Assembly (NCBI GenBank): GCA_013239625.1
Contig: MU053652.1
Coordinates: forward strand, 1,302,001 to 1,366,000
Source: Lama guanicoe
Taxonomy: Eukaryota
Direction of reading: 5' to 3'
DNA length: 64,000 nucleotides
Positions 63,782-64,000 of this stretch are shown here, in pieces. Within the stretch, counting starts at the first letter, position 1. The number at the start of each line of letters is the position of its first letter. Position numbers and translations under genes: made by a program. Below the pieces are notes generated by a model that ran no database searches, was not told the DNA's origin, and saw nothing but the letters and a program-made list of their open reading frames with translations.

Positions 63782-64000
63782 TGTGGCAGGTATGATTAAC
63801 CAGCTCAATAAACACTGATCCCAAACTCCATCCTTCTTTTTCTTTCCTCTAGAAGAAGAAAACAGAATCACTCAATTTCCCAGCCTCTTTTGCAGCCGGC
63901 GTTGTGCATGATATATCATTCTGGCCAAAGAGATGTGAGCGGAAGTCTCTGGAGAGGCCTTCTCTTCTCGTATTTACCTTCCTCAGATCATGGGCATGAC
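63782..64000 (+). mobile_element. MaLR LTR (MLT1), truncated by the window end
   Basis: Starts tgtggcag; atttcccagcctcttttgcagc...ttctggccaaagagatgtgagcggaagt. Confidence 0.78.

Larger units (their letters stand above)
1..64000 (+). other. CHCHD3: Internal portion of the CHCHD3/MIC19 gene body (long introns flanking an internal coding exon and a microexon)
   Basis: Inferred from the recognisable internal exon at 33071-33154; no other CHCHD3 exon, start or stop was seen, so flanking exons should lie outside the window. Confidence 0.88.

Noticed and set aside
364-63818. The 60-149 aa ORFs in the supplied track as protein-coding genes
   Set aside because: Short, many with non-ATG starts, no recognisable proteins, lengths expected by chance in 64 kb; several overlie L1, L2, MIR or LTR fossils

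Overview
AT-rich, CpG-depleted mammalian genomic DNA, almost entirely intronic, with one 172-N assembly gap (40598-40769). The organism is most likely a camelid: there is a Vic-1-type tRNA-derived SINE and camelid/artiodactyl-like young L1 3' ends, and I saw no Alu, B1, Bov-tA, BovB or PRE-1. The window lies inside CHCHD3 (MIC19, MICOS subunit) on the + strand. Only two coding pieces are supportable: an 84-nt phase-0 internal exon (33071-33154, AKQLEEKDRVIKKQDAFYKEQLARLEER) and a 15-nt in-frame microexon about 1 kb upstream (32042-32056, DIEVK). The ORF track misses both. The rest is a mosaic of ancient repeats (L2, MIR, L1M, MER20, MER58, Tigger, MLT1/MLT2, ERVL-like LTR), a few young insertions with clean target-site duplications, and microsatellites. 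The ORF-track entries look spurious or are transposon remnants. I found no new multi-gene system. The most interesting signals are RNA-level: the microexon and its splice-regulatory context, a near-perfect 52-bp-arm intronic hairpin (47302-47446), two candidate recursive splice sites, an unexplained ~60-bp local duplication, and a cluster of AAGGTCA nuclear-receptor half-sites. Repeat family names and boundaries come from visual recognition and are approximate; no database search was run.
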